Origin: an uncultured Collinsella sp.
Lineage (GTDB): Bacteria > Actinomycetota > Coriobacteriia > Coriobacteriales > Coriobacteriaceae
Length of the DNA: 64,000 bases
Direction: 5' to 3'
Assembly: GCA_958429225.1 (NCBI GenBank)
Contig: CAUAJB010000001.1
Coordinates: 8,955 to 72,954, forward strand
The notes beneath the pieces were generated by a model. That model saw nothing but the letters and a program-made list of their open reading frames with translations, did not search any database and had not been told where the DNA came from. The position numbers and the translations under genes were made by a program. Within the stretch, counting starts at the first letter, position 1; each line of letters opens with the position of its first letter. This document shows positions 1-8,916 of the stretch, piece by piece.

Positions 1-1
1 A

Positions 2-994
2 ACGCAGGTCTTTAGCTTTCGCAGTAACGATGACCTGTCGCGCCGCGGTCTGCATGTGCAGCTTGTCTCGCGCATTGCACGCGATATCGGTCGCGCCCTG
101 GGGCTCAACTGCGATTTGATCGAGGCGATTGGCCTGGGCCACGACTTGGGACACACGCCTTTTGGCCATGCGGGCGAGCGCTTCCTCAACGATATCTATC
201 ATGAGCGTACGGGGCGTTATTTTTTCCATAACGTGCAGTCGGTCCGCGTGCTCGACGCGCTGTACGGCCGCAACGTGTCGCTCCAGACGCTCGACGGCGT
301 GCTATGCCATAACGGCGAGTACGAGCAGCGTGTGTTTGAGCTCTCGGACATGGGCTCCTTTGACCAGTTCGATCAGACGGTTGAGGACTGTATCGCCACG
401 GGCTATGGCGCTATTGAGCACCTGCGTCCCATGACGCTCGAAGGCTGTGTGGTCCGCATCTCGGATATCCTTGCCTACGTCGGTCGTGACCGTCAGGATG
501 CGATCGCGGCGGGCCTGCTTTCGCCCGACGCTTTTGATGATGGCCGGGGCGGTGCCTACAATAGTTGGATCCTCACGCATGCCTCCATCGATATCGTTGA
601 GCATAGCTATGGTAAGCCGCGCATCGAGATGAGCGAGGACCTGTTTGAGGAGATCCGCCGTGCCAAGCGCGAGAACTACGAGAAGATCTATAGCAAGGGC
701 GGTATCGAAGGCGACTCCGAGGCGGAGCTGCGCGAAGCCTTCGAAAAGCTTTACGACCGTTGCCTGCAGGATATAAACGAAGGTGACGAGTCCTCGTATA
801 TCTTTAAACACCACATTTCTCGCATCGAGCAGCAGCTTTCCTACTACGATCGCGCCTATGCCTGGCAGAACGATAAGGACCAGGCGGTCGTGGATTACAT
901 TGCGAGCATGACGGACGGTTATTTCTGCGAACTGACGAGCAAGCTGTTCCCGGGTCTAAAGTTTCCGCATCGTACCTATATTAACGAACGGTAG
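2..994 (+). CDS. dGTPase-like HD-domain triphosphohydrolase (5' end lies outside the window)
   Basis: The reading frame is open from nt 2. It carries the HD motif HDLGHTPFGHAGE and ISDILAYVGRD, typical of the dGTP triphosphohydrolase family. Stop is TAG 992-994. Confidence 0.8.
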   Translation, partial: TQVFSFRSNDDLSRRGLHVQLVSRIARDIGRALGLNCDLIEAIGLGHDLGHTPFGHAGERFLNDIYHERTGRYFFHNVQSVRVLDALYGRNVSLQTLDGVLCHNGEYEQRVFELSDMGSFDQFDQTVEDCIATGYGAIEHLRPMTLEGCVVRISDILAYVGRDRQDAIAAGLLSPDAFDDGRGGAYNSWILTHASIDIVEHSYGKPRIEMSEDLFEEIRRAKRENYEKIYSKGGIEGDSEAELREAFEKLYDRCLQDINEGDESSYIFKHHISRIEQQLSYYDRAYAWQNDKDQAVVDYIASMTDGYFCELTSKLFPGLKFPHRTYINER

Positions 995-1040
995 TTCGTA
1001 TCCTTTCGGTATACTGGTTAGTTGAAAACGTTTTTGATTG

Positions 1041-2405
1041 ATGCACGGGATGGCTATGGACGACCTTTTTTCTGCCTCGACGCGCGAGCGTTCCTTTAAA
1101 AATGCGCCGCTCGCGGTGCGCATGCGACCCAATTCGCTCGACGAGTACGTGGGCCAGCAAAAGGCCGTCGGTAAGGGCTCATGGTTGCGTGCCGCGATCG
1201 AGCACGACGTGCTTTCGAGCGTGATTCTGTACGGGCCAGCCGGTACGGGTAAGACGACGCTGGCCCACATTATCGCCAACCATACAAAGAGCGAGTTTGT
1301 CGAGGTCAGCGCCGTGACGGGCACCGTAAAGGACTTGCGTCGCGTGATTGACGAGGCCAAGACGCGCCTGAATACGTACGACCGCCGTACCATTCTATTC
1401 ATCGATGAGATTCACCGCTTTTCTAAGTCGCAGCAGGATGCCCTGCTACATGCAGTTGAGAACCGTACCGTCATTATGATTGGCGCTACGACGGAGAATC
1501 CGTACTTCGAGGTCAACTCGGCGCTGCTCTCACGTGGTCGAGTCGTGGAGCTTGAGCATTTAAAGGACGAGGATATCGCCATGCTTATCGAGCGTGCGCT
1601 CGAGGCACCTCAGGGCCTGAACGGCAAATTCTCGGCCGATGATGATACGGTCAAGACCATTTGCACGCTGGCAGCGGGTGATGCACGCTCGGCCCTGACG
1701 ACACTTGAGCTGGCGAGCGAGATTGCCGTCACGCGTCCCGATACCGAAGGGACGCCAGCGCCGGCGGCGGGGGAGCGTTATCCCATCACCGTGGATGACG
1801 TAAAGATTGCCAACCCGCGTCGCGGTTTTACGTATGACAAAAACGGCGACATGCACTACGACATCATCAGTGCGTTCATTAAGTCCATGCGCGGTAGCGA
1901 CCCCGATGCCACGGTCTACTGGCTTGCGCGCATGATCGATGCAGGGGAGGATCCTAAGTTTATCGCCCGTCGCATTATGATTCATGCTTCTGAGGACGTC
2001 GGCAACGCCGACCCGCAGGCGCTTTTGGTGGCACATGCCGCGTTTAAGTCTGCCGAGGTCATTGGCTATCCCGAGTGCCGCATTAACCTGGCTCAGGCTG
2101 CACTCTATGTGTGCTTGGCGCCTAAATCCAACGCGTGTGAGGCTTCGATCGATGCGGCGCTGGCCGATATCCACTCTAGTGGGCTTCGCGAGGTGCCGAG
2201 TTATCTGCGCGATCGCCATCGCCCGGGCAGCGACGAATACGGTGTGTATAAGTATCCGCACGATTATCCCGAAGGCTGGGTCGATCAGCGCTATTTGCCC
2301 GAGGGGCTGGAGCGCGGTGCGTTTTGGCAGCCTGCCGGCCGCGGCTGGGAAGAGTGGCGCGTGGAGCAAAGCGAGCGCGACCGTAGCGGTAACGCGCCCA
2401 AGTAG
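1041..2405 (+). CDS. rarA: Replication-associated recombination protein A (AAA+ ATPase RarA/MgsA)
   Basis: Walker A GPAGTGKTTLAHIIA and IDEIHRFSK are followed by an MgsA-type C-terminal domain (DMHYDIISAFIKSMRGSDPDA). The start among ATG 1041/1050/1056 is uncertain. Confidence 0.9.
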   Translation: MHGMAMDDLFSASTRERSFKNAPLAVRMRPNSLDEYVGQQKAVGKGSWLRAAIEHDVLSSVILYGPAGTGKTTLAHIIANHTKSEFVEVSAVTGTVKDLRRVIDEAKTRLNTYDRRTILFIDEIHRFSKSQQDALLHAVENRTVIMIGATTENPYFEVNSALLSRGRVVELEHLKDEDIAMLIERALEAPQGLNGKFSADDDTVKTICTLAAGDARSALTTLELASEIAVTRPDTEGTPAPAAGERYPITVDDVKIANPRRGFTYDKNGDMHYDIISAFIKSMRGSDPDATVYWLARMIDAGEDPKFIARRIMIHASEDVGNADPQALLVAHAAFKSAEVIGYPECRINLAQAALYVCLAPKSNACEASIDAALADIHSSGLREVPSYLRDRHRPGSDEYGVYKYPHDYPEGWVDQRYLPEGLERGAFWQPAGRGWEEWRVEQSERDRSGNAPK

Positions 2406-2500
2406 GTCGTTGCCACCTCGCACATTCCCTCTGGGTATCTTTCCCTTTCTTTGGGGTACCATTAAAAGCGTCTGTATTTCGATTCCTTCGGGAGGCTTGT

Positions 2501-3091
2501 ATGAGTCCCATTCAAATCGCCCTGCTGGTGCTTGCCATTGCCGGCGTGTGGGCTATCGTTGAGCTCGCGCTTACCCTACGCAAGACCCGCAACGTTGTCG
2601 ACTCGCTCGATAAGACCGTGAACGACCTCAACAACACCATCGCCGAGGCTCAGCCTGTGGTGGCAAAGCTCGATGGCGCTGTCGATGAGCTTACGCCGGC
2701 GCTTGCCCAGATGGAGCCGCTGCTTAAGTCGAGCAAGACGGCAGTTGATGCCCTTACCTCCAACCTCGTAGAAGTCGAGGCGGTTGTCCGCGATATTTCC
2801 GAGGTCACCGGCAGCATGGCCGAGGCCAGCAATGCCGTGTCGAGTGTGACCGACTCCGCCGCCGGTGCCGTGCAGAAACTCTTTAACAAGGTGAAGGCTC
2901 CCGCGGCCGACGCCGAGCGCAAGCTTTCCGCTGCCGAAGAAGCCGAGCAGCCGACCGAGCGTGTTCTGATTGGCGAAGCCGGGGACGATGTCGCTGCTGG
3001 TGACAATGATGCACAGAAGCCTGCTACTAAAGCAGCCCAGTATTACACCTACACGCCCGCCGAGACCTCCGAGGAGTCCTGCGATGAGTAG
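2501..3091 (+). CDS. DUF948-like membrane-anchored coiled-coil protein
   Basis: It has an N-terminal TM helix (IALLVLAIAGVWAIVELAL) followed by a long Ala/Glu/Val-rich helical region. RBS GGAGG lies at 2491-2495. Confidence 0.6.
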   Translation: MSPIQIALLVLAIAGVWAIVELALTLRKTRNVVDSLDKTVNDLNNTIAEAQPVVAKLDGAVDELTPALAQMEPLLKSSKTAVDALTSNLVEVEAVVRDISEVTGSMAEASNAVSSVTDSAAGAVQKLFNKVKAPAADAERKLSAAEEAEQPTERVLIGEAGDDVAAGDNDAQKPATKAAQYYTYTPAETSEESCDE

Positions 3092-3461
3092 CGAAGCAAC
3101 TTGCCCCATTACGCTGACCGTTGCCGGCGACCCGCGTCTGGCGCGCCTTGTGCGCATGACGGCGGCAAATGTCGGTGCGCTGTGCTCCATGTCCGTCGAT
3201 CGCATCGAGGACATCCGCATGGCTGCCGAGGAGGCCTTCATCTTTGGCTGCACGGCTGTTGATTCCGACGATATCTCGATCAAATTCGATGTCGACGAAT
3301 CGCACGTGGGCATGACCTTTACCTTTGGCGACCAGGCGACTGTCGATGAAGATGACCAGGCTGCCGTGTATGCCGAGCTCATTTTAGCGAGCGTGTGCGA
3401 TTCCTACGAAAAGACTGCGGCGCCCCTGACGCTTTCCCTCGACCTCAAGGCGGATATCTAA
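3084..3461 (+). CDS. RsbW/SpoIIAB-like anti-sigma factor (HATPase-like, ATP-binding boxes not evident)
   Basis: ATG 3084 overlaps the upstream stop by 8 nt. The 125-aa product lies directly upstream of, and 1 nt from, a SigB/F-type sigma gene. The N-terminal pattern ITLTVAGDPRLARLVRMTAANVG...DIRMAAEEAF resembles anti-sigma kinases. Confidence 0.5.
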   Translation: MSSEATCPITLTVAGDPRLARLVRMTAANVGALCSMSVDRIEDIRMAAEEAFIFGCTAVDSDDISIKFDVDESHVGMTFTFGDQATVDEDDQAAVYAELILASVCDSYEKTAAPLTLSLDLKADI

Positions 3462-3462
3462 T

Positions 3463-4254
3463 ATGACCGAACGTTCCCGGAGCGGTAAGACCGCTTGGGA
3501 CAAGGAGAAAACCCGCGAGCTGTTTCGTCGCTACAAAGAGACCGGTGATCCGGACGCACGTGAACAGCTCGTCATGTCCCATATGAACCTGGTAAGGTTT
3601 CTTGCCAACAAATTTAAGAACCGTGGCGAGCCGCTCGACGACCTGATGCAGGTTGGTTATTTGGGCCTGCTCAAGGCTATCGACCGCTTTGACCCTGAGC
3701 GCGGACTCGAGTTCACCACGTTTGCCACGCCTACCATCTTGGGCGAGATCAAGCGTCACTTCCGTGACAAGGGCTGGAGCGTGCGCGTGCCCCGTCGCTT
3801 GCAGGAGCTCTCGGCCAAGGTCAATCAGGCTACCGATAAGCTCACCAACGAGCTACAGCGCTCGCCTAAGGTTGAGGAAATCGCTGAGTACTTGGACGTG
3901 ACGGTCGATGAGGTGCTGGAGGCCATGGAATCGTCTTCGGCATATACCTCGGTGCCCATCGAGGCTCCTGGCGCGTCCGATTCCGACGATGCCCCCTCGA
4001 TTCTCGACCGCTACGCCGACGACGACAACGAGCTCGACTTTACCGATGACCGTCTAGTGATCGAAGAAGCTATTCGCGATTTCTCGCCGCGCGAGCGCGA
4101 GGTTATCGAGCTACGCTTTGTGAAGGGCATGACCCAGATCGAGATCGCCAAGAAGCTGGGCATCTCGCAGGTGCAGGTCTCGCGCCTGCTGCGCCGTACT
4201 CTTAAGAAGATTCAGGACAAGATCGATCCCGACGGAGTGATGGTTCGTTCATGA
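3463..4254 (+). CDS. RNA polymerase sigma factor, SigB/SigF/SigG subfamily
   Basis: Sigma-70 regions 2, 3 and 4 are recognisable: DLMQVGYLGLLKAIDRFDPERGLEFTTFATPTILGEIKRHFRD, and the HTH MTQIEIAKKLGISQVQVSRL. Confidence 0.9.
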   Translation: MTERSRSGKTAWDKEKTRELFRRYKETGDPDAREQLVMSHMNLVRFLANKFKNRGEPLDDLMQVGYLGLLKAIDRFDPERGLEFTTFATPTILGEIKRHFRDKGWSVRVPRRLQELSAKVNQATDKLTNELQRSPKVEEIAEYLDVTVDEVLEAMESSSAYTSVPIEAPGASDSDDAPSILDRYADDDNELDFTDDRLVIEEAIRDFSPREREVIELRFVKGMTQIEIAKKLGISQVQVSRLLRRTLKKIQDKIDPDGVMVRS

Positions 4255-5660
4255 GTGAGCACCCCCAACAAATCGACCGCACGCTGCGCGATACCCGTAT
4301 TTTGACGTTGCGCATTTGGGCCATCGTTGGCTGCATTGTCATCGCCGCCGTCATCTTTAACCTTATGGGCATCCTGGCGCCGGTTATCGAGTTTCTCGCT
4401 GTTGGTTCCATCATTGCCTTTGTGATGTCCCCGATCACCAATTGGCTCGAGCATCATGGCGTCGGCCGTGGCATCGGTTCGCTTATCGCGCTTATTGTTG
4501 TTGTTGCCGTGCTCGTCGGTGTCGTTTGCATCTTGTCGCCGATTCTCTTTGGTCAGATCATGGAAGTCCTGAGCCGCCTGCCCGAGCAGCTTCGTGTTGC
4601 GGGTGGCGATCTCAATGAGATGATCTCGCATGCCAAGACGCTCAACAACACGCCGGTTAAGGAGTACTTGGACGACAATCTGTCATCACTCGTTACCGTC
4701 GCATCGAAGTATGTGTCTCAGATTGCCGCCGAGCTCGGTCGCGGTGTATTCCCGCTCATTACCAATACGGCATCGCAACTGTTCGTTATCTTCCTGGGCC
4801 TGGTGCTTGCCTACTGGATGGCCTGCGACTACCCTCGCATGCACCACGAGATTTGCACCATCATCGGTCAGGAGAAGGAGACCTCGTACCGCTTTATGGT
4901 CGCCATTCTGTCGCGTTCGGTTGGTGGCTACATGCGCGGCATGGTCGTAACGTCTATCTGCGGCGGCATCTTGGCCTTTATCGGCTTCCTGATCATCGGC
5001 CATCCGTATGCGGCGCTCATGGCTATCTTTACCGGCATCATGCATTTGGTTCCGGTCGTCGGTCCCTGGGTGAGCGCAGCAATCGCCACAGTGCTCGGTT
5101 TCATGTTCAGCCCCATGTTGGCGTTATGGACGCTCATCGTGACGATGGTCGCACAAAATGTCACCGACAATGTGATTTCGCCTAAGGTCATGCAGAGCTC
5201 AGTGCAGGTGCATCCCATTATGAGCCTTACGGCCCTCGTTATTGGTTCGGCGCTCATGGGGCCCATCGGCATGATTATTGCCATCCCGCTGTGCGCGGCC
5301 CTCAAGGGTATTTTCGTGTACTACTTCGAGAATGAGACCGGCCGCCAGCTTGTGGCCTATGACGGCGCCGTGTTTAAGGGTACGCCGTACCGCGATGCCG
5401 ATGGCAACCCGGTCGCCGCCTACGACGCGCTCGGCGACGACACCTTCATCTACGAGTCCGAGCTCATCGGCAACGAGACTGCGCCCGAGGCCAAGGCTAT
5501 GCCCAAGCCCGAGCTCGATAATCCCTGGATCAAGCTCTCGGGCCTGCAACCCGATGCGACGGGTTTCTTCAAAAACCCCTTCGCCAAAGACGATGATTCC
5601 AACTCGGACGACGATACCAAAACCGGCATCGACGGCTCCATGGACGATGACGACAACTAG
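4251..5660 (+). CDS. AI-2E family transporter (PerM/UPF0118) with acidic C-terminal tail
   Basis: It is a multi-pass membrane protein with the family-typical stretch HLVPVVGPWVSAAIATVLGF...NVISPKVM. The ATG overlaps the sigma gene stop (ATGA). Confidence 0.8.
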   Translation: MSEHPQQIDRTLRDTRILTLRIWAIVGCIVIAAVIFNLMGILAPVIEFLAVGSIIAFVMSPITNWLEHHGVGRGIGSLIALIVVVAVLVGVVCILSPILFGQIMEVLSRLPEQLRVAGGDLNEMISHAKTLNNTPVKEYLDDNLSSLVTVASKYVSQIAAELGRGVFPLITNTASQLFVIFLGLVLAYWMACDYPRMHHEICTIIGQEKETSYRFMVAILSRSVGGYMRGMVVTSICGGILAFIGFLIIGHPYAALMAIFTGIMHLVPVVGPWVSAAIATVLGFMFSPMLALWTLIVTMVAQNVTDNVISPKVMQSSVQVHPIMSLTALVIGSALMGPIGMIIAIPLCAALKGIFVYYFENETGRQLVAYDGAVFKGTPYRDADGNPVAAYDALGDDTFIYESELIGNETAPEAKAMPKPELDNPWIKLSGLQPDATGFFKNPFAKDDDSNSDDDTKTGIDGSMDDDDN

Positions 5661-5711
5661 TGGGGCAATTCGGGTTAACATTCATACGCGCTAACATGCA
5701 ATTTCGCTGAA

Positions 5712-5741
5712 GGGCCGGCATTGTGCCGGCCCTCTTTTTTG
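5712..5741 (+). terminator. Rho-independent terminator
   Basis: Stem GGGCCGGCA/TGCCGGCCC is followed by TCTTTTTT, about 50 nt after the transporter stop. Confidence 0.85.
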
Positions 5742-5766
5742 CACAGGCGCGGTGGGATGGTAATAT
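5739..5766 (+). promoter_or_regulatory. Putative sigma-70-type promoter of alaS
   Basis: -35 TTGCAC (5739-5744), a 16-nt spacer, then -10 TAATAT (5761-5766), 47 nt upstream of the alaS ATG. Confidence 0.45.
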
Positions 5767-5812
5767 CGTTACGTTTGAACTGTTTCGATGTGAAACCGAG
5801 GAGATTCCCTCT

Positions 5813-8470
5813 ATGAGTGCTGACTACCCGTCAATGACTACGGCCGAGATTCGCTCCAAGTTCCTCAACTTCTTTGAGGAGCGCGGTCTTAAGCTCTATC
5901 CTTCTTCGTCCCTCGTCCCCGACGATCCTTCACTGCTGCTTGCCAACGCCGGCATGAACCAGTTTAAGGAGTACTATCAGGGCAAGAAGACCATGAAGGA
6001 GATCGGCGCGATCTCCTGCCAGAAGTGCGTCCGCACCAACGACATCGACTGCATCGGCGAGGACGGCCGTCACCTGTCCTTCTTCGAGATGCTCGGCGAC
6101 TTCTCCTTTGGTGGCGTCTCCAAGGAGCAGGCCTGCGCCTGGGCCTTTGAGCTCATCACCAAGGAGTTCAAGCTTCCGCTCGACCGCCTGTACTTCACCG
6201 TCTTTACCGAGGACGACGAGACCCACGACGTGTGGCGTTCTCTGGGCGTTGCCGAGGACCACATCTCCCGCCTGGGTGAGGACGACAACTTCTGGGCCGC
6301 TGGCCCCACCGGTCCCTGCGGTCCGTGCTCCGAGATCTATTTTGACATGGGCGAGGAGGTCGGCTGCGGCAGCCCCGACTGCAAGCCTGGCTGCGACTGC
6401 GACCGCTTCCTTGAGTTCTGGAACCTCGTGTTTACCCAGTACGACCGTCAGGAGGACGGCTCCATGCCGGAGCTGCCGCACCGCAACCTCGATACGGGCA
6501 TGGGCCTGGAGCGCATGGCCGCCATCATGCAGCACAAGACCGCCAATTACGCCGGCGATTTGATGCAGCATCTCATCAAGCTGGGCGAGGAGATCAGCGG
6601 CAAGACCTATGACGCCGACGATTACTCCGGTGCCAGCCGCTCCCTGCGCATCATCGCCGACCACTCCCGTGCTGTCGACTTTATGATCTCGGACGGCATC
6701 CTTCCCGGTAACGAGGGTCGTGAGTACGTCCTTCGCCGCCTGCTCCGCCGCGCCGTGTTCCACGGTCGCCTGTTGGGCATCGAGGGTGCCTTCCTGACCA
6801 AGTTTATCGACGAGGTCAACGCTCAGATGGGCGAGGCCTATCCCGAATTGCTCAAGAACGTCGCGCTCGTCAAGGGTATCGTTGCCTCCGAGGAGGAGCG
6901 CTTCTCCACGACGCTCGACAACGGCCGCGTTTACCTGGACGAGGCTCTGGCAGCGCTTGCCGAGGGCGCTGTGCTTCCGGGCGATGTCGCCTTTAAGCTG
7001 CACGATACCTTTGGTTTCCCCATCGACCTGACCGTCGAGATCGCCGGCACCGCCGGTCACGACGTCGACATGGACGGCTTTACTGCCTGCATGGAGGACC
7101 AGAAGGCCCGCGCCCGCGCTAACGCCAAGGGCGATGCCTGGGGCAGCTTCAACGATGTGTGGGTCGAGCTTTCCGACAAGGTCGCTGCGACCGAGTTCGA
7201 CGGCTATGACAACGATGTGATCGAGGGCGCCAAGGTTGTCGCCATCGTGCGCAACGGCGAGTCCGTCGATTCCGCTGCCGCCGGCGAGGACGTCGAGGTC
7301 GTGCTCGACCGCACCCCGTTCTATGCCGAGATGGGCGGCCAGCAGGGCGACGCCGGCAAGCTTTCCGCTGAGGGCGTTGTTCTGACCGTTGCCGACACCA
7401 AGAACCACAACGGCCTGTATGCCCACGTCGCGCACGTTGCCGATGGCACGCTGACTGTCGGTGCCGCTGTTACCGCCGCGCTCGACGCCGAGCGCCGTGG
7501 CTTCCTGCGCCGCAACCACACCGCCACGCACCTGCTCGACGCTGCCCTTAAGCAGGTCCTGGGCGAGCACGTCTCCCAGGCCGGCTCGCTGGTGACGCCC
7601 GAGCACCTTCGCTTTGACTTCACGCACTTCGAGGCCCTTTCCTCCGAGCAGCTCAAGGCTGTAGAGGACCTGGTCAACCAGCAGATCTTCGCCTCCAAGC
7701 CGGTTGTGACCCGTGTTATGGGCATCGACGAGGCTAAGGCTGCCGGCGCTGTCGCTCTGTTTGGAGAGAAGTACGGCGATGTCGTCCGCGTCGTCTCCGT
7801 GGGCGCCGAGGACCAGCCGTTCTCCCGCGAGCTCTGTGGTGGCACCCATGCCGCCAATACCGCCGAGATTGGCCTGTTCAAGATCATTTCCGAGTCCTCC
7901 ACGGGCTCCAATGTCCGCCGTATCGAAGCCGTGACCTCCAAGGGTGCTCTCGACTATATGGCCGACCGCCTGGCACTCGTTGACGCCGCCGCCGCTGCGC
8001 TCAAGTGCCGCGTCGACGAGGTTCCCGCCCGTGTGGAGAACCTGCAGGTCGAGCTGCGCGAGACGTCCAATAAACTCAAGAAGGCGCTCACCGGTGGCTC
8101 TTCCGATGCGATCTCCAGCGCCATCGAGGGTGCTGTCGAGCTCGGTGGCTACAAGCTCGTCGTTGCTGAGCTCCAGGGCCTTGAAGCTGCCGACCTGCGC
8201 AACGTATGGGATACCGTGCACCAGAAGGTCGCCGGCCCTGTCGCTTGTGTCGTCGCAAGCGTGACTGAGAAGGGCACTCCGGCCCTGCTCGCTGCCGGCT
8301 CCGATGACGCCGTGAAGGCCGGGTTCCACGCCGGTAACGTGATCAAGCAGATCGCGGGTCTGGTCGACGGTCGCGGTGGTGGCCGTCCCAACATGGCCCA
8401 GGCCGGTGGCAAGAATGCCGCCGGCATCGCCGATGCCCTCGCGGCCGCCAAGACCGCGCTCGGCGCCTAA
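5813..8470 (+). CDS. alaS: Alanine--tRNA ligase
   Basis: Start ATG 5813 follows RBS GAGGAG (5799-5804). Motifs present are FFEERG, MNQFK, the editing-domain motif HTATHLL and a C-terminal DHHA1-like domain. Confidence 0.95.
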   Translation: MSADYPSMTTAEIRSKFLNFFEERGLKLYPSSSLVPDDPSLLLANAGMNQFKEYYQGKKTMKEIGAISCQKCVRTNDIDCIGEDGRHLSFFEMLGDFSFGGVSKEQACAWAFELITKEFKLPLDRLYFTVFTEDDETHDVWRSLGVAEDHISRLGEDDNFWAAGPTGPCGPCSEIYFDMGEEVGCGSPDCKPGCDCDRFLEFWNLVFTQYDRQEDGSMPELPHRNLDTGMGLERMAAIMQHKTANYAGDLMQHLIKLGEEISGKTYDADDYSGASRSLRIIADHSRAVDFMISDGILPGNEGREYVLRRLLRRAVFHGRLLGIEGAFLTKFIDEVNAQMGEAYPELLKNVALVKGIVASEEERFSTTLDNGRVYLDEALAALAEGAVLPGDVAFKLHDTFGFPIDLTVEIAGTAGHDVDMDGFTACMEDQKARARANAKGDAWGSFNDVWVELSDKVAATEFDGYDNDVIEGAKVVAIVRNGESVDSAAAGEDVEVVLDRTPFYAEMGGQQGDAGKLSAEGVVLTVADTKNHNGLYAHVAHVADGTLTVGAAVTAALDAERRGFLRRNHTATHLLDAALKQVLGEHVSQAGSLVTPEHLRFDFTHFEALSSEQLKAVEDLVNQQIFASKPVVTRVMGIDEAKAAGAVALFGEKYGDVVRVVSVGAEDQPFSRELCGGTHAANTAEIGLFKIISESSTGSNVRRIEAVTSKGALDYMADRLALVDAAAAALKCRVDEVPARVENLQVELRETSNKLKKALTGGSSDAISSAIEGAVELGGYKLVVAELQGLEAADLRNVWDTVHQKVAGPVACVVASVTEKGTPALLAAGSDDAVKAGFHAGNVIKQIAGLVDGRGGGRPNMAQAGGKNAAGIADALAAAKTALGA

Positions 8471-8487
8471 GAATCTAAGAAGTCGCT

Positions 8488-8916
8488 GTGGTTGCGCTCG
8501 CGCTGGACATAGGGGAGACCAGGATTGGCATCGCCGTCTCGAGCCGTGATGGCAAGATGGCGATGCCTGTCAAGGTGCTTCCGGCTGCCGAGGTCACCGG
8601 TATGGCCAAGACGTTCCGCTACCTGGTCGAGGACTATGAGCCCGACATCCTGGTTAGCGGACGTCCCTTGACCATGGCCGGTGAGCCCGGCCCCCAGGCC
8701 GAGCGCGTTGCCGCCGTGGCGCAAAAGATTGCCGACAAGCTCGATCTTCCACTGGAGTTTGAGGACGAACGTCTGTCTTCGCAAGAGGCCAAGCGTATCC
8801 TGCGCGAGCAGGGCCTCAACGAAAAGCAGATGAGGGGCAAGATCGACATGATTGCCGCCAGCCTGTTTTTGCAGACGTGGCTCGATCGTAAAAACGAGGA
8901 GGTTTCGCATGCCTAG
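8488..8916 (+). CDS. ruvX: Holliday junction resolvase-like RuvX (YqgF)
   Basis: N-terminus ALDIGETRIGIAVS and the 142-aa size match the family. It sits in the conserved alaS-ruvX-mltG arrangement. Confidence 0.85.
   Translation: MVALALDIGETRIGIAVSSRDGKMAMPVKVLPAAEVTGMAKTFRYLVEDYEPDILVSGRPLTMAGEPGPQAERVAAVAQKIADKLDLPLEFEDERLSSQEAKRILREQGLNEKQMRGKIDMIAASLFLQTWLDRKNEEVSHA

Noticed and set aside
5723-5812. Upstream-extended ORF starts given by the ORF track. Examples are alaS at 5723, mltG at 8852, efp at 13879, fruA at 20124, the rpiR-like gene at 20037, cbiF at 37031, cbiD at 37800, cbiET at 41384, cobS at 45993 and cbiJ at 52421.
   Set aside because: The extensions overlap upstream genes or terminators and lack an RBS. 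Internal ATG or GTG codons with SD sequences, or with stop-start overlaps, give N-termini matching the protein families.
5930-8329. A 799-aa ORF antisense to alaS.
   Set aside because: It is a shadow ORF typical of GC-rich DNA. The sense frame carries unmistakable AlaRS motifs, while the antisense product is low-complexity (Gly/Ala/Val/Leu/Asp rich) with no recognisable family motifs.
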